Positions 18,845 through 29,376 of a stretch of 64,000 nucleotides of DNA are shown piece by piece. The DNA lies in the NCBI GenBank assembly GCA_965221125.1, contig CBDCRW010000007.1, positions 288,001 to 352,000 on the forward strand. The letters are read 5' to 3'. This DNA comes from Alphaproteobacteria bacterium (GTDB lineage Bacteria; Pseudomonadota; Alphaproteobacteria; UBA828). The notes under the pieces were generated by a model. That model was not told where the DNA came from. It did no database searches and saw only the letters and a program-made list of their open reading frames with translations. Position 1 is the first letter of the stretch; each line of letters begins with the position of its first letter. Position numbers and translations under genes: made by a program.

Positions 18845-19975
18845 TTATCCCTCCAGTGCGGCGCCGACGATGTCGGCCGCCTCGCGCACCAGGGTGTCGG
18901 ACAGATGGGTGTATTTCAGCGTCGTCGCCGGATTGCGGTGCCCGAGGAGACGGCCGATGGTCAGCACAGTCTCGCCCTGCGCGAGTGCCATGCTGGCGTA
19001 CGTGTGCCGGCAATCGTGAAGGCGGACGTCGGACAGACCGGCTTCCGCTCTGACGCGGTGCCAGAATTTGCCGAGCGTCACCGCGTGCACGAAGCCGTCC
19101 GTCCGCGGCGAGGGGAAGATCCAGGTTGCCGTGCGAGGTAGTCCGTCGAGGATCGCGCGCGCGGGGGACGAGAGCCAGACCGCGCGCGGCCCGACCTTGC
19201 TATCGCGCAGGAACAGCTTGCCCTCGCGGTAGTCGCGCCATTTGAGCGAGACGATCTCTCCCTTGCGGCATCCGGTGAGCAGGAGCAGCCGTACGATCGC
19301 CACGGCCTGCGGATTATTGGCCTCGTGGCGCGTCAGCACTTCGCCCAGCCGGCGCATCTCCGCCACCGACAGGAAGCGCTCCCGGCCCTGGCGGCGGTAG
19401 CGCTTGATGCCGGCGCACGGGTTGGTGCCCTCGGGCCGATAGCCGTAGACCTCGGCCTGGGTCATGATGACCGAGAGGACCGGAGCCGAGCGGTCGGCCG
19501 CCACCGGGGTCTCATGGAGAGAGGTGAACCATTGCCGGACGTCGCTCGCGGCGATGTCTGCGATGGGGCGCCCCTCGAACCAGGGCAGGATCTGGTTCTT
19601 GTAGTAGCCCCGGTTGACGTAGAGCGTCGAGGGCTTCCAGTTCCGGGCGTAGCGGCGGAAGACTTCTTCTGCGACCGTCTCGAAGGCGACGTCCGCGGGT
19701 GCTGCGGTCTCGTCGCCGTTACCGTTGCGGATCGCGGCCAGCAGGGTCCTGGCCCGGCTGCGGGCTTCGTCCAGGTCGATGGCCCCGGCCTGGCCGACGA
19801 TCTTCCAGAACCGCCGCCCGTTGTGCTGGCTGTGGATGAAGTAGCGTCTGGCGCCCGAGGTCAGGACCCTTACGCCGAAGCCCTTGAGTTCCCGGTCGCG
19901 CACGTCGTAAGCGGACTTGCGGGGCTTGAGCGCATCGATCCGGCGCTCGCTGAGGCGAACCATCGCCATTGACAT
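18845..19975 (-). CDS. Tyrosine integrase with N-terminal arm-binding domain (first of tandem pair)
   Basis: DRELKGFGVRV..SG, TGCRKGE, DSKVG, HDCRH, LGH, LKY. RBS AGGAGG. Confidence 0.93.
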   Translation of the reverse strand: MSMAMVRLSERRIDALKPRKSAYDVRDRELKGFGVRVLTSGARRYFIHSQHNGRRFWKIVGQAGAIDLDEARSRARTLLAAIRNGNGDETAAPADVAFETVAEEVFRRYARNWKPSTLYVNRGYYKNQILPWFEGRPIADIAASDVRQWFTSLHETPVAADRSAPVLSVIMTQAEVYGYRPEGTNPCAGIKRYRRQGRERFLSVAEMRRLGEVLTRHEANNPQAVAIVRLLLLTGCRKGEIVSLKWRDYREGKLFLRDSKVGPRAVWLSSPARAILDGLPRTATWIFPSPRTDGFVHAVTLGKFWHRVRAEAGLSDVRLHDCRHTYASMALAQGETVLTIGRLLGHRNPATTLKYTHLSDTLVREAADIVGAALEG

Positions 19976-20084
19976 TCCTCCTGCGTTCCGTTGCAGCCGG
20001 GGCGAAATCGGGGATCGATTCCGTGTCCTCCGGCAAGATCAGGAGGAAAAAAAGCAACTCTATGTCAGCATGTTAGAACCGTAG

Positions 20085-22097
20085 GTGCGCCGTCTGGTGT
20101 GGGAGCCGCTGGAGATCGGCTCCACCCGCGTGAAGAACCGGATCATGATGACCGCCCAGACCACGCTCTTCGGCAGGGACAACGTCCTCGGCGACCGCCA
20201 CATCGAGTTCTTCCGGGAGCGCGCGAAGGGCGGTGCCGCGCTCTTCATCACCGAGCAGCAGGCCGGCCACCGCATCAGCAAGGGCTCGTTCTTCGAAGGC
20301 TGCTCGGCGTGGGAGAAGAGCGCCATTCCCCAGTACGCCAAGCTCGCCGACGCGGTGCACGCGCACGGCGCGCGGCAGTTCGTCCAGCTCTTCGGCTGCG
20401 GCGTGCACGACAAGGGCACCATGATCATGGACGAGTGGCACCCGCTCTGGGGCGTCTCCAAGATGCCCTCGATCGTGCACCACGAGATGCCGATGGTCAT
20501 GGAGCAAGAGCACGTCGACGACGTGGTCAAGGGCTTCGCGGAGTCGGCGCTCAACGTGAAGGTTGCGGGCTGCGACGGGGTGGAACTGCACGCGGCGCAC
20601 AGCTACCTGCTCGGCCAGTTCCTGAGCCCCGCCTTCAACGACCGCACGGACCGTTACGGCGGCTCGGTCCGCAACCGCTGCCAAGTCCTGCTCGAGATCG
20701 GCGAAGCGATCCGCGCGCAGGTGGGCGACGACTTCACCGTCGGCGTCCGCATCTCCTTCGACGAGTTCATGGGCGACGCCGGGATCACGCCGGACCAGTC
20801 CGAGGAGCAGCTCGAGGTGCTCTCCACCAGCGGCCTCTTCGACTTCTTCAACATCTCGGGCGGCGGCTACTACACGCTGCACCGGGCCGTCTCGCCCATG
20901 AACGTCGAGAACGGCTTCATGCTGCCCTTCGCGAGGCGCGCCAAGGCGGTGGTGGGCAACCGCGCCAAGGTCTTCGCCGTTGGGCGGATCATCGACCTGC
21001 AGCAGGCGGAGCGTGCGCTCGCCTCGGGCGATACCGACATGGTCGCGATGACCCGCGCGCAGATGGCCGAGCCGCACCTCATCAAGAAGACCCGCGAGGG
21101 GCGGCAGAAGGAGATCCGCCGCTGCATGGGCGCGAACGAGTGCGTCGCTCGCCTCTTCGACAACCGGCAGGTGACGTGCGCGGTCAACCCGAGTGTCGGC
21201 CGCGAGGCGCGCTGGGGCAGCGAGACGCTGAAACGCGTGGCGCCCGAGGACGAGAAATCCATCATCGTCGTCGGCGGCGGCATCGCCGGTATGAAGACGG
21301 CCGCCGTCGCGGGCAGCCGCGGCCATCGGGTCGTGCTGCTGGAGCGCGAGGAGCGGCTCGGCGGCCACGTCAACCTGCTGATGGCGCTGCCCACGCGCAA
21401 GGAGTGGTCCACCGCCATTGACAACCTCGCCCGCGCCATGGAGGTCGCCGGCGTGGACGTGCGGCTCGGCGCAGAAGCGACGCCCGATACGATCGAGCGC
21501 GAGACGCCCGATGCCGTGGTCGTCGCCACCGGCGCGCGCTGGGACTGCAACGGCCGCAGCCAGTTCCGCCCTGGCAGCCCGCGCCTCCCCGGCACGGAGC
21601 AGGAGAACGTGATCGACGTCGGCACTGCCACGGAGCGGGCGCTCGCGGATGCGGGCGCGCTCGGGCAGCGGGTCGTGATCCTGGAGGAGACCGGCTTCTA
21701 CCTGCCTCTGGGCCTCGCCGAGATCCTGGCGGCAGGCGGTGCAGACGTGGAGATCGCGACGCCCCGCGCCATGGTGGGCGAGGATGCGATGCGCACCCTC
21801 GACCTCTCGTACGTGATGCCGCGGCTGGAGGAAGCCGGCGTGCGCTGCAGCGGGCACATGAACGCAGAGAAGATCGAGGGCAGTACGGTCCACCTCCGCT
21901 CGGTCTGGGGCACGCAGACGCGCGTCATCGAGGGCGTGAACACCGTTGTCATCTCGATGCTGCGCTCGCCCGACGACGCGCTCTACCGGGCGCTGGAAGG
22001 GCGCGTCGCGGAGCTGCACCGGGTCGGCGACGTGGTGGCCCCCCGCCGCCCGATCCAGTCCATGTACGAGGGCGAGGAGCTCGGCCGCGCGCTCTGA
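20085..22097 (+). CDS. NADH:flavin oxidoreductase (old yellow enzyme family with FAD/NAD-binding C-terminal domains)
   Basis: KNRIMM, DGVELHAAHSYLLGQFLSP..N.RTD.YGGS, Fe-S-like CMGANEC...CAVNP, VVGGGIAG. Start codon uncertain. Confidence 0.9.
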   Translation: MRRLVWEPLEIGSTRVKNRIMMTAQTTLFGRDNVLGDRHIEFFRERAKGGAALFITEQQAGHRISKGSFFEGCSAWEKSAIPQYAKLADAVHAHGARQFVQLFGCGVHDKGTMIMDEWHPLWGVSKMPSIVHHEMPMVMEQEHVDDVVKGFAESALNVKVAGCDGVELHAAHSYLLGQFLSPAFNDRTDRYGGSVRNRCQVLLEIGEAIRAQVGDDFTVGVRISFDEFMGDAGITPDQSEEQLEVLSTSGLFDFFNISGGGYYTLHRAVSPMNVENGFMLPFARRAKAVVGNRAKVFAVGRIIDLQQAERALASGDTDMVAMTRAQMAEPHLIKKTREGRQKEIRRCMGANECVARLFDNRQVTCAVNPSVGREARWGSETLKRVAPEDEKSIIVVGGGIAGMKTAAVAGSRGHRVVLLEREERLGGHVNLLMALPTRKEWSTAIDNLARAMEVAGVDVRLGAEATPDTIERETPDAVVVATGARWDCNGRSQFRPGSPRLPGTEQENVIDVGTATERALADAGALGQRVVILEETGFYLPLGLAEILAAGGADVEIATPRAMVGEDAMRTLDLSYVMPRLEEAGVRCSGHMNAEKIEGSTVHLRSVWGTQTRVIEGVNTVVISMLRSPDDALYRALEGRVAELHRVGDVVAPRRPIQSMYEGEELGRAL

Positions 22098-22186
22098 ATT
22101 GTCGGAGGCGGGAGCCGTCCGTTTTGCGCTTGCGCGCGCCTGTCGGCGCTATTGATTCCGCGCGCCTGTCGGCGCGACCGGCCGGC

Positions 22187-23719
22187 CTACTCCGCCGCGC
22201 GCTGGCTGAGCCGCGACTGCAGCGCGGCGCAGAGGGTGCGCAGCACTTCGAGGCGGGCATGGCGCTTGTTGTTGCCGGGCACCAGGGTCCACGGCGCGTC
22301 CGCCGTGCTGGTGCCCGCGATCATGTCGTTGGCCGCATCCTCGTAGGCGTCCCACTTCGCGCGGTTGCGCCAGTCCTCCTCGGTGAGCTTCCAGCTCTTG
22401 TAGGGGTTCTCCTTGCGGGCGAGGAAGCGCCGCTCCTGCTCGTCCTTGTCGATGTGCAGCCAGAACTTCATCAGCAGCGTGCCGTGGCTGATGATCTGCT
22501 CCTCGAAGTCGCGGATCTCGGCGTAGGCGCGCCGCCATTCCGCCTCGGTCGCGAAGGATTCGACGCGCTCGACCAGGAGGCGGCCGTACCAGCTACGGTC
22601 GAAGACCGCGACTTGCCCGTCCTCGGGCAGCCTGCGCCAGAAGCGCCAGAGGTAGTGATGGGCGCGCTCCTCGTCGCTCGGCGCGCTCACCTGGTGCACG
22701 CGGTAGCTGCGCGCATCCAGCGCCGAGACCATGCGCCGGATGGCGCCGCCCTTGCCGCCCGCATCCCACCCTTCGAAGACCAGCACCACCGAGAGCCCGT
22801 GCAGGAGGTTCTGCGCGGCGAGCCAGTAGAGATCGGCCCTGAGCCGCGCCATCGACTTGTCGTAGGCCTTGCGGCCCACGGCCTTGCTCTGGTCGATGGT
22901 GGTGAGCGGCTTGACCTGCCGCACCGTGGCGCCCACCACGGCCGGGCTCGCGACCGGCGGCCGGGCGCGGAAGCCTGCGTCCGGCGGGGGCAGGCCGGCG
23001 AGGCGGGCGTCCAACGCGCGCCGCACCATCCCCAGCACGGTGATCGAGCGGTAGCGCGCATGGCGGCCGTCGACCACGAGCCACGGCGCCTCGGCCGTGC
23101 TCGTGCTGGTGATGATGTGCTCGGCGGCATCGTTGAACTGGTCGTAGCGGTGCCAGTTGCGCCAGTCCCACTGCGAGATGCGCCAGTGGTCGCGCGGGTG
23201 CTTCTGCAGCGCCTCCAGCCGCTTCTGCTGCGCCTCGCGGTCGAGGTGCATCCAGAACTTGAGGATCAGCGCGCCGTCGTCGGCGAGCGTTCGCTCGAAC
23301 GCCGCGATGCGCGAGAGCCGGCGGTCGAGCGCGCTCGGCCCGATGCGCCCGTAGGCGCGGTCGAGCAGGGGCGCGGAATACCAGGCGCTGAGGAAGAGCC
23401 CGAAGCGCCCCTGCGCCGGCAGGTCGCGCCAGTAGCGCCAGAACTCCGGCCGCTGGCCTTCCTCCTCCGTGAGCCGGTCGTAGGCGTGGGTGACGATGCG
23501 GCGCGGATCGAGCCATTCCGTGAGCAGGTTGACCGTCTCGCCCTTGCCCCCGCCGTCGACGCCGGCGAACAGCACGATGACCGGAAAATCCGCTTCCGCG
23601 AGCGCGCGCTGCGCCTCCACCAGCGCGACCCGGAGCGCGGCCGCCTCTTCCTCGAACGCGGACTTGGAAATCTCGCGCGCCCGTTCGCGCTCCACTTCTT
23701 CGAATACCCGAGCGCTCAT
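22187..23719 (-). CDS. pap: Polyphosphate:AMP phosphotransferase (two-domain PPK2)
   Basis: Two PPK2 domains: FAGVDGGGKG and FEGWDAGGKGGAIRR, FDRSWYGR, KFWLHI. Confidence 0.92.
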   Translation of the reverse strand: MSARVFEEVERERAREISKSAFEEEAAALRVALVEAQRALAEADFPVIVLFAGVDGGGKGETVNLLTEWLDPRRIVTHAYDRLTEEEGQRPEFWRYWRDLPAQGRFGLFLSAWYSAPLLDRAYGRIGPSALDRRLSRIAAFERTLADDGALILKFWMHLDREAQQKRLEALQKHPRDHWRISQWDWRNWHRYDQFNDAAEHIITSTSTAEAPWLVVDGRHARYRSITVLGMVRRALDARLAGLPPPDAGFRARPPVASPAVVGATVRQVKPLTTIDQSKAVGRKAYDKSMARLRADLYWLAAQNLLHGLSVVLVFEGWDAGGKGGAIRRMVSALDARSYRVHQVSAPSDEERAHHYLWRFWRRLPEDGQVAVFDRSWYGRLLVERVESFATEAEWRRAYAEIRDFEEQIISHGTLLMKFWLHIDKDEQERRFLARKENPYKSWKLTEEDWRNRAKWDAYEDAANDMIAGTSTADAPWTLVPGNNKRHARLEVLRTLCAALQSRLSQRAAE

Positions 23720-23928
23720 CTCCCTCCCCGTGGAGGGCCGTCCTCGCTCGATCACGGGGACGCACACCCTCCCATGCGGCAGGCGGCCTCTCCGGGCTCG
23801 TCCTACACGCTCCGGTTATAACGGTATTACGGTGCTGCGAAGATTACGACAGGGATTTCGGACGGGTTCGTTTCGTGCCCGGCCCTCCTGGAGAGGAACC
23901 GGCCGAGCGCCGGGCCTGAGCGATACGC

Positions 23929-24375
23929 CTACTGCTCGGGCTGCTCGACCGTGCTCTTCCTGAGCGTGATGACGTTGCGGTCGTCGCTCCGCTCGTAAGT
24001 CATCTCGTCCATCATCTGCTGCACGAGAAAGAGCCCGAGCCCGCCGAGCGCGCGCTCTTCGATCGTCGCATCGAAATCGGGCGCCCGTTCCGTCGAGGAG
24101 TCGAAGGGCCGGCCGTCGTCCACGATCGTCACCACGAGCGATTCGCCCTCGACGCGGAACGTGAGGTCGATCCGATGCTCCGCGTCGTCGTCGTAGCCGT
24201 AGCTGATGGTGTTGGTCAGGATCTCGTCGATCGAGAGATTGACCGCGTAGGCGACCGGCGCGGCAATCCCCTGCGCTTCGCAGAACGCATCGACCTTCTC
24301 GGCTGCGGCACCGATCTCTCGCAGGTCGTTGATCAGCGACAGCTCCAGGATGCCGTCGGTATCGCCAGTGCTCAT
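23929..24375 (-). CDS. RsbW-like anti-sigma factor / HATPase_c_2 protein
   Basis: DEILTNTISYGY, DDGRPFD, GGLGLFLV. Confidence 0.88.
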   Translation of the reverse strand: MSTGDTDGILELSLINDLREIGAAAEKVDAFCEAQGIAAPVAYAVNLSIDEILTNTISYGYDDDAEHRIDLTFRVEGESLVVTIVDDGRPFDSSTERAPDFDATIEERALGGLGLFLVQQMMDEMTYERSDDRNVITLRKSTVEQPEQ

Positions 24376-24582
24376 CGGCCAAACGCGTCGCGGTGCCCGC
24401 AGGGCTTCGTCTCGACCTGCATCGCGCTCACCTTTACGCCCATTCGGCGGAAACCGCCACGCGGATTCGTGCGGCTGCTGCCGCCGTCACTTGATCGAAC
24501 CCGCCCTCGCGTCGCACACTTGCGGCTGAGCGAACGGGCCGAGCGCGCATTCGCGCGGTCGCAAACGGGGAGGAACGCCTGA

Positions 24583-25929
24583 ATGTCCAACGACGCCGAA
24601 GCTGCGCTGCTCGATCGAGACCGCGCACACCTGCTCCATCCGCTGCACAGCCAGGCCACCCATTCCACGGGCAAGGTCTGGGTCGGAGGCGAGGGGGCCT
24701 TCCTCGTCGATGCGAACGGGGACCAGTACATCGACGGCCTCTCCGGCCTCTGGAACAACACCGCCGGCAACGGCTGCCGCGATCTGATCGAGGCAGGGAG
24801 CAAGCAGCTCGCCGAGATGGCCTATGCGTCAGGCTACGCGGGCAGCTCCAACCCGCGGGCGATCGAGCTTGCGGAGAAGCTGGCCCGCATCACCTACTCC
24901 AACATCAACCACTTCTACTTCACCTCGGGCGGCGGCGAGGCGACCGACAGCAACATCAAGATGGCCCGCTACTACTGGAAGCTGAAGGGCCAGCCTGAGA
25001 AGACCAAGGTCATCTCCCGCATCTGGGGCTATCACGGCGTCACGCTGGCCGCGATGTGCGCGACCGGCATGAGCATCTACTGGCCGATGTTCGAGCCACG
25101 CATGCCGGGCTTCGTCCACATCCCGAGCCCCTATCCCTACCGCTACGAGGCGCCGGAGGGCGCGGAGAGCCAGGGCATCGCCGCGGCGGACGAGCTGGAG
25201 AAGGCGATCCTCGCCGAGGGGCCGGAGACGGTCGCCATGTTCATCGCCGAGCCGGTGCAGGGCGGCGGCGGCGTGATCCCGCCCCAGCCCGACTACTTCC
25301 CGCGCATCCGCGAGATCTGCACCAAGTACGACGTGCTGATGGTTGCGGACGAGGTCATCACCGGCTTCGGGCGCACCGGCACGATGTTCGGCCTGCAGCA
25401 CTGGGGCGTCGAGCCCGACATGATCCAGTTCGCCAAGGCCATCACCTCCGGCTACTTCTCCCTCGGCGGCATCGGGATCAGCGACGAGATCGCCAACACC
25501 ATGCACGAGAGCGGCAAGCCCTGGATGCACGCCTATACCTACAGCGCGCACCCCACCGGCTGCGCCATCGGCTGCGCCATGATCGACCTGATCGAGCGGG
25601 AGGATTTCCCCGGCCAGGCGGCGGCCAAGGGCAAGCGCCTGCTGGTCGGCCTCAAGGACGCGCTCGCCGACCACCCGAACGTCGGCGACATCCGCGGGCT
25701 CGGGCTCATGTGCGCGGTCGAGTACGTGAAGGACCGCGAGACCAAGGAGAGCTTCGATCCCGCCGACGGCGTCGCCGCCAGGATCAACGCCGAGGCGGTC
25801 TCGCGCGGGCTCTTCAGCCGCTTCCGGCCGGACGTCTACATGGTCGCGCCGCCGATCGTCATCGACGACGAGACCATCGACCGGATGGTGGAGATCACCG
25901 CCGAGTCGACCCGCGTCGTCCTCGGCTGA
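24583..25929 (+). CDS. Class III PLP aminotransferase
   Basis: DGLSGLW, SGGGEA, YHGVT, EPVQGGGG, DEVITGFGRTG, AKAITSGY. Confidence 0.93.
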   Translation: MSNDAEAALLDRDRAHLLHPLHSQATHSTGKVWVGGEGAFLVDANGDQYIDGLSGLWNNTAGNGCRDLIEAGSKQLAEMAYASGYAGSSNPRAIELAEKLARITYSNINHFYFTSGGGEATDSNIKMARYYWKLKGQPEKTKVISRIWGYHGVTLAAMCATGMSIYWPMFEPRMPGFVHIPSPYPYRYEAPEGAESQGIAAADELEKAILAEGPETVAMFIAEPVQGGGGVIPPQPDYFPRIREICTKYDVLMVADEVITGFGRTGTMFGLQHWGVEPDMIQFAKAITSGYFSLGGIGISDEIANTMHESGKPWMHAYTYSAHPTGCAIGCAMIDLIEREDFPGQAAAKGKRLLVGLKDALADHPNVGDIRGLGLMCAVEYVKDRETKESFDPADGVAARINAEAVSRGLFSRFRPDVYMVAPPIVIDDETIDRMVEITAESTRVVLG

Positions 25930-25945
25930 GAGCGGCGGGCAGGCC

Positions 25946-27277
25946 GTGGCGGGGTCGGACCGCCCCGACTCGCGACCAGCCATCGACTGGGAGGCGCCCG
26001 CGTTCCTGGACGCGGGCGCGCTGGATGGCGAGCTGCGCCGCGTCGCCGGCGTCTGCCACACCTGCCGCCGCTGCGAGGATCTCTGCGAGAGCTTCCCCCG
26101 CCTCTTCGACCTGATCGACGGCGGAGGCGGGGTCGACACGCTGCCGAGCGACGCGTTCGAGAGCGTGGGCGCGGCGTGTACGCTCTGCGACATGTGCTAC
26201 CCGGTCTGCCCCTACACGCCGCCGCACGTCCACGCGGTGGATTTTCCCGCCCTGATGATGCGCCAGCGGGCGCACGCCTTGCGCGACGGCAAGGTCGGCG
26301 CGGCCGAGCGGGCGCTGGGCGAGACCGACCGCAACGGCCGGCTGCTGGGCGCCATCGCCCCGCTCGCCAACTGGGCGGCGCAGCGCGGCAACGGACTCAC
26401 CAGGCCGCTCATGGAGGCGGTCGCCGGCATTCACCGCGACGCGGCGCTGCCCCGCTTCCATGTCCGCACCTTCGGCCGGCAGGCCGCCGAGAGCCCGCCT
26501 CCGGTCGATGCCGGAGCGCCGGCTGCGGGGCGCAAGGCGGTGCTCTATTCCACCTGCTTCGTCGAGTACAACAATCCGGGGATCGGCCGCGCCGCGCGGG
26601 CTGTGCTCGCGAAGAACGGGGTCGAGACCGAGGTCGTCTACGACGAATGCTGCGGGATGCCGCAGTTGGAGCGGGGCGACATCGCCGAGGTCTGCCGCCG
26701 CGCCCGTAGCGTCGCCGCCTCGCTCGGCGTCTGGATCGAGCGCGGCTATGACGTGATCGCTCCCATCCCCTCCTGCGCCCTGATGATGAAGACGCTCTGG
26801 CCGCTCCACCTGCCCGACGACGAGGCAGTGGCGTGCCTCGCCCGGCACACGAAGGACGTTTCCGAGTACGTCATCGACATCGCCCGGAGCGAGGGCCTGG
26901 CCCACGGCATGGCCCCGCTCGACGGCGACGTGGCCCTGCACCAGGCGTGCCACGCGCGAGCGCAGGACATCGGCGCCAAGGCTGCGGTCATGCTGCGCAT
27001 GATCCCGGAGTGCAACGTGCTGGTGATGCAGCGCTGCGCCGGCCACGGCGGCACCTGGGGCGTGATGAAGCGCAACTTCGAGACCGGCATGAAGGTGGGC
27101 GAGCCGGTCATCCGCCAGGCGGCTGAGAGCGGGCGCGCCTTCATCGCCTCCGAGTGTCCGCTCGCCGGCGATCACATCGTGCAAGGGATGGAGCGGCACG
27201 GCACGGGCCGTGCTGCGCCGGCGCGCGCTCACCACCCCATCGAGCTGATGGCGATGAGCTATGGCATCGACGCCTGA
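25946..27277 (+). CDS. GlpC-like Fe-S oxidoreductase (CCG domains)
   Basis: CHTCRRCEDLC, CTLCDMCYPVCP, ECCGMP, SECPLA. Confidence 0.88.
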   Translation: MAGSDRPDSRPAIDWEAPAFLDAGALDGELRRVAGVCHTCRRCEDLCESFPRLFDLIDGGGGVDTLPSDAFESVGAACTLCDMCYPVCPYTPPHVHAVDFPALMMRQRAHALRDGKVGAAERALGETDRNGRLLGAIAPLANWAAQRGNGLTRPLMEAVAGIHRDAALPRFHVRTFGRQAAESPPPVDAGAPAAGRKAVLYSTCFVEYNNPGIGRAARAVLAKNGVETEVVYDECCGMPQLERGDIAEVCRRARSVAASLGVWIERGYDVIAPIPSCALMMKTLWPLHLPDDEAVACLARHTKDVSEYVIDIARSEGLAHGMAPLDGDVALHQACHARAQDIGAKAAVMLRMIPECNVLVMQRCAGHGGTWGVMKRNFETGMKVGEPVIRQAAESGRAFIASECPLAGDHIVQGMERHGTGRAAPARAHHPIELMAMSYGIDA

Positions 27278-27692
27278 CGCAACCCTCGACCCCCGTACGG
27301 CCGCGACGCTGACGGCGATGGCGCGCGTGCTCTATCCCCACGATTCCCTGGACGATGGCTTCTACCGCCGGGTGGTCGACATCGTGGCGGCGAGCGCGGA
27401 CGCCGCGCAGCGCGCGCTTCTGGCAGACGGCGCTGCGGCGCTGGACCAGGCTGGGGGCCGCGCCTTCGTCGATCTCGAAGAGAAGGAGAAGCTCGCCGCG
27501 CTCCAGGCGATCGAGGGCTCGCCCTTCTTCGAGGCCATGCGGGCGGCGACGGCCCGCTACCTCTACGACGACCGGGCGCTTTGGGCGCGCTTCGGCTACG
27601 AGGGCGCGTCCTCCCACCTCGGCGGCTACATCGAGCGCGGCGTCGACGACATCGACTGGATCACCGAGGCCGACGTGGAGGCGGGCCGATGA
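27261..27692 (+). CDS. Gluconate 2-dehydrogenase subunit 3-like protein
   Basis: YPHD, W..FGYEG.S...GGY..RG..DIDW. Coupled to the downstream GMC flavoprotein. Confidence 0.75.
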   Translation: MASTPDATLDPRTAATLTAMARVLYPHDSLDDGFYRRVVDIVAASADAAQRALLADGAAALDQAGGRAFVDLEEKEKLAALQAIEGSPFFEAMRAATARYLYDDRALWARFGYEGASSHLGGYIERGVDDIDWITEADVEAGR

Positions 27693-29293
27693 TCGCTCCG
27701 CACCGCGACGACGACGACATCCCCGCCGTCACCTACGACCTGAACGACGACGGCGTCGTCGTCATCATCGGCTCGGGCGCGGGCGGCGGGACCATCGCCG
27801 ACGAGCTGACGCGGCGCGGCATCGACGTGGTGGTGCTGGAGGCCGGCCCCCGCTTCAAGATGAGCGACATCGTCAACGACGAGTGGGCGATGTACGACCG
27901 CCTCACCTGGAAGGACACGCGCGCCTGCACCGGCGCCTCGCCCATCGCCCGCGACTACCCGACGGCGCCGACCTGGACCTGCAAGGGCGTGGGCGGCACC
28001 ACGCTCCACTGGGCGGCCATGTGCCCGCGCGGGCTGCCCTACGAGTTCAGGACGCGCTCGACCTACGGCGAGGTCGACGGCGCCGACGTGGCCGACTGGC
28101 CCTTCGACTACGAGGAGATCGAGCCCTTCTACCGCGAGGCCGAGAGCAAGATGGGCGTCAGCGGGCGGGGCAACACGCCGCAGCACCGGGGCAACAACAA
28201 CTACCGGGTCATGGCGCTCGGCGCGAAGCGCATGGGCTACACCGACTACGGCATCAACAACGTCGCCATCAACGCGGTGCCGCGCGACGGGCGCAACGCC
28301 TGCGACCAGATCGGCTTCTGCATGCAGGGCTGCAAGTCGGGCGGCAAGTGGTCCACCTTCGTCTCGGAGCTGCCGCGCGCGGAGGCGACCGGCCGCTGCG
28401 AGATCCGCACGCGCTGCATGGCGCTCCGCATAGAGCACGACGAGCGCGGCTGCGCGAGCGGCGTGCTCTATGCCGACGCGGCGGGGCAGCACCACCTGCA
28501 GAAGGCGCGGCTGGTCTGCGTCGCGGCCAACTCCATCGAGACCGCGCGGCTGCTGCTCAACTCCGAATCGAGCGCGTGGCCGGACGGTCTCGCCAACGGC
28601 TCGGGCATGGTCGGCAAGCACTACATGCGCCACACGACGGCCTACATGTACGCAGAATTCCCGCAACCTGTGCGCATGTACCGCGGCATGGTCTGCTCCG
28701 GCATCATCCACGACGAGGCGCGGCACGACCCCGCCCGCGGCTTCGCCGGCGGCTTCCTCTACGGCACCATCGGCCTCGGCCTCCCCTTCTTCGCGGCCTT
28801 CCTCAGTCCGGGCCGCTGGGGCCGCGATTATGCGAGCTGGATCGAGGCGTATGAGCGCATCGCGGGCTTCTTCATGAACGGCGAGGATATGGCGATCGCC
28901 ACCAACCGGGTGACGCTGCACCCGAGCGAGAAGGACCAGCACGGGCTGCCGATCCCGAGCCTGCACCTCGACGATCATCCCAACGACCTCGCCATGAAGC
29001 GCTACGGCTACCGCAACGGCATCGCGCTCCTGGAGGCGGCGGGTGCGACCCGCGTCTTCTGCTCGCCGCCGCTGCCGGTCTCGCACAATCTCGGCACCTG
29101 CCGCATGAGCACCGATCCGGATTCCGGCGTGATCGACCGCTGGGGCCGGAGCCACGAGGTCCCCAACCTCTTCGTCTCCGACGGCAGCCAGTTCACCTCG
29201 TCCTTGGCCGGCAACCCGACGCTCACCATCGTCGCCCTTGCGCTGCGCCAGGCAGGCCACATCGCGCGCCAGATGAGCCGCGGGGATCTCTGA
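27689..29293 (+). CDS. GMC-family oxidoreductase
   Basis: IIGSGAGGG, KGVGGTTLHW, C.QIGFC.QGC, HNLGTCRM, NPTLTI. ATGA overlap with the upstream gene. Confidence 0.92.
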   Translation: MIAPHRDDDDIPAVTYDLNDDGVVVIIGSGAGGGTIADELTRRGIDVVVLEAGPRFKMSDIVNDEWAMYDRLTWKDTRACTGASPIARDYPTAPTWTCKGVGGTTLHWAAMCPRGLPYEFRTRSTYGEVDGADVADWPFDYEEIEPFYREAESKMGVSGRGNTPQHRGNNNYRVMALGAKRMGYTDYGINNVAINAVPRDGRNACDQIGFCMQGCKSGGKWSTFVSELPRAEATGRCEIRTRCMALRIEHDERGCASGVLYADAAGQHHLQKARLVCVAANSIETARLLLNSESSAWPDGLANGSGMVGKHYMRHTTAYMYAEFPQPVRMYRGMVCSGIIHDEARHDPARGFAGGFLYGTIGLGLPFFAAFLSPGRWGRDYASWIEAYERIAGFFMNGEDMAIATNRVTLHPSEKDQHGLPIPSLHLDDHPNDLAMKRYGYRNGIALLEAAGATRVFCSPPLPVSHNLGTCRMSTDPDSGVIDRWGRSHEVPNLFVSDGSQFTSSLAGNPTLTIVALALRQAGHIARQMSRGDL

Positions 29294-29376
29294 CCGCCCG
29301 TACCTCTCCGCTATGGCCGCGCTGCGCCATTCGGGTTATCCCGGCACGAGACGCTCACGCATCACGGGAGGAGAGC

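Noticed and set aside
21120-21195. CMGANEC as a broken Fe-S motif in the flavoprotein
   Set aside because: A CxGANxC variant occurs in related OYE-family enzymes, so it is not evidence of decay.
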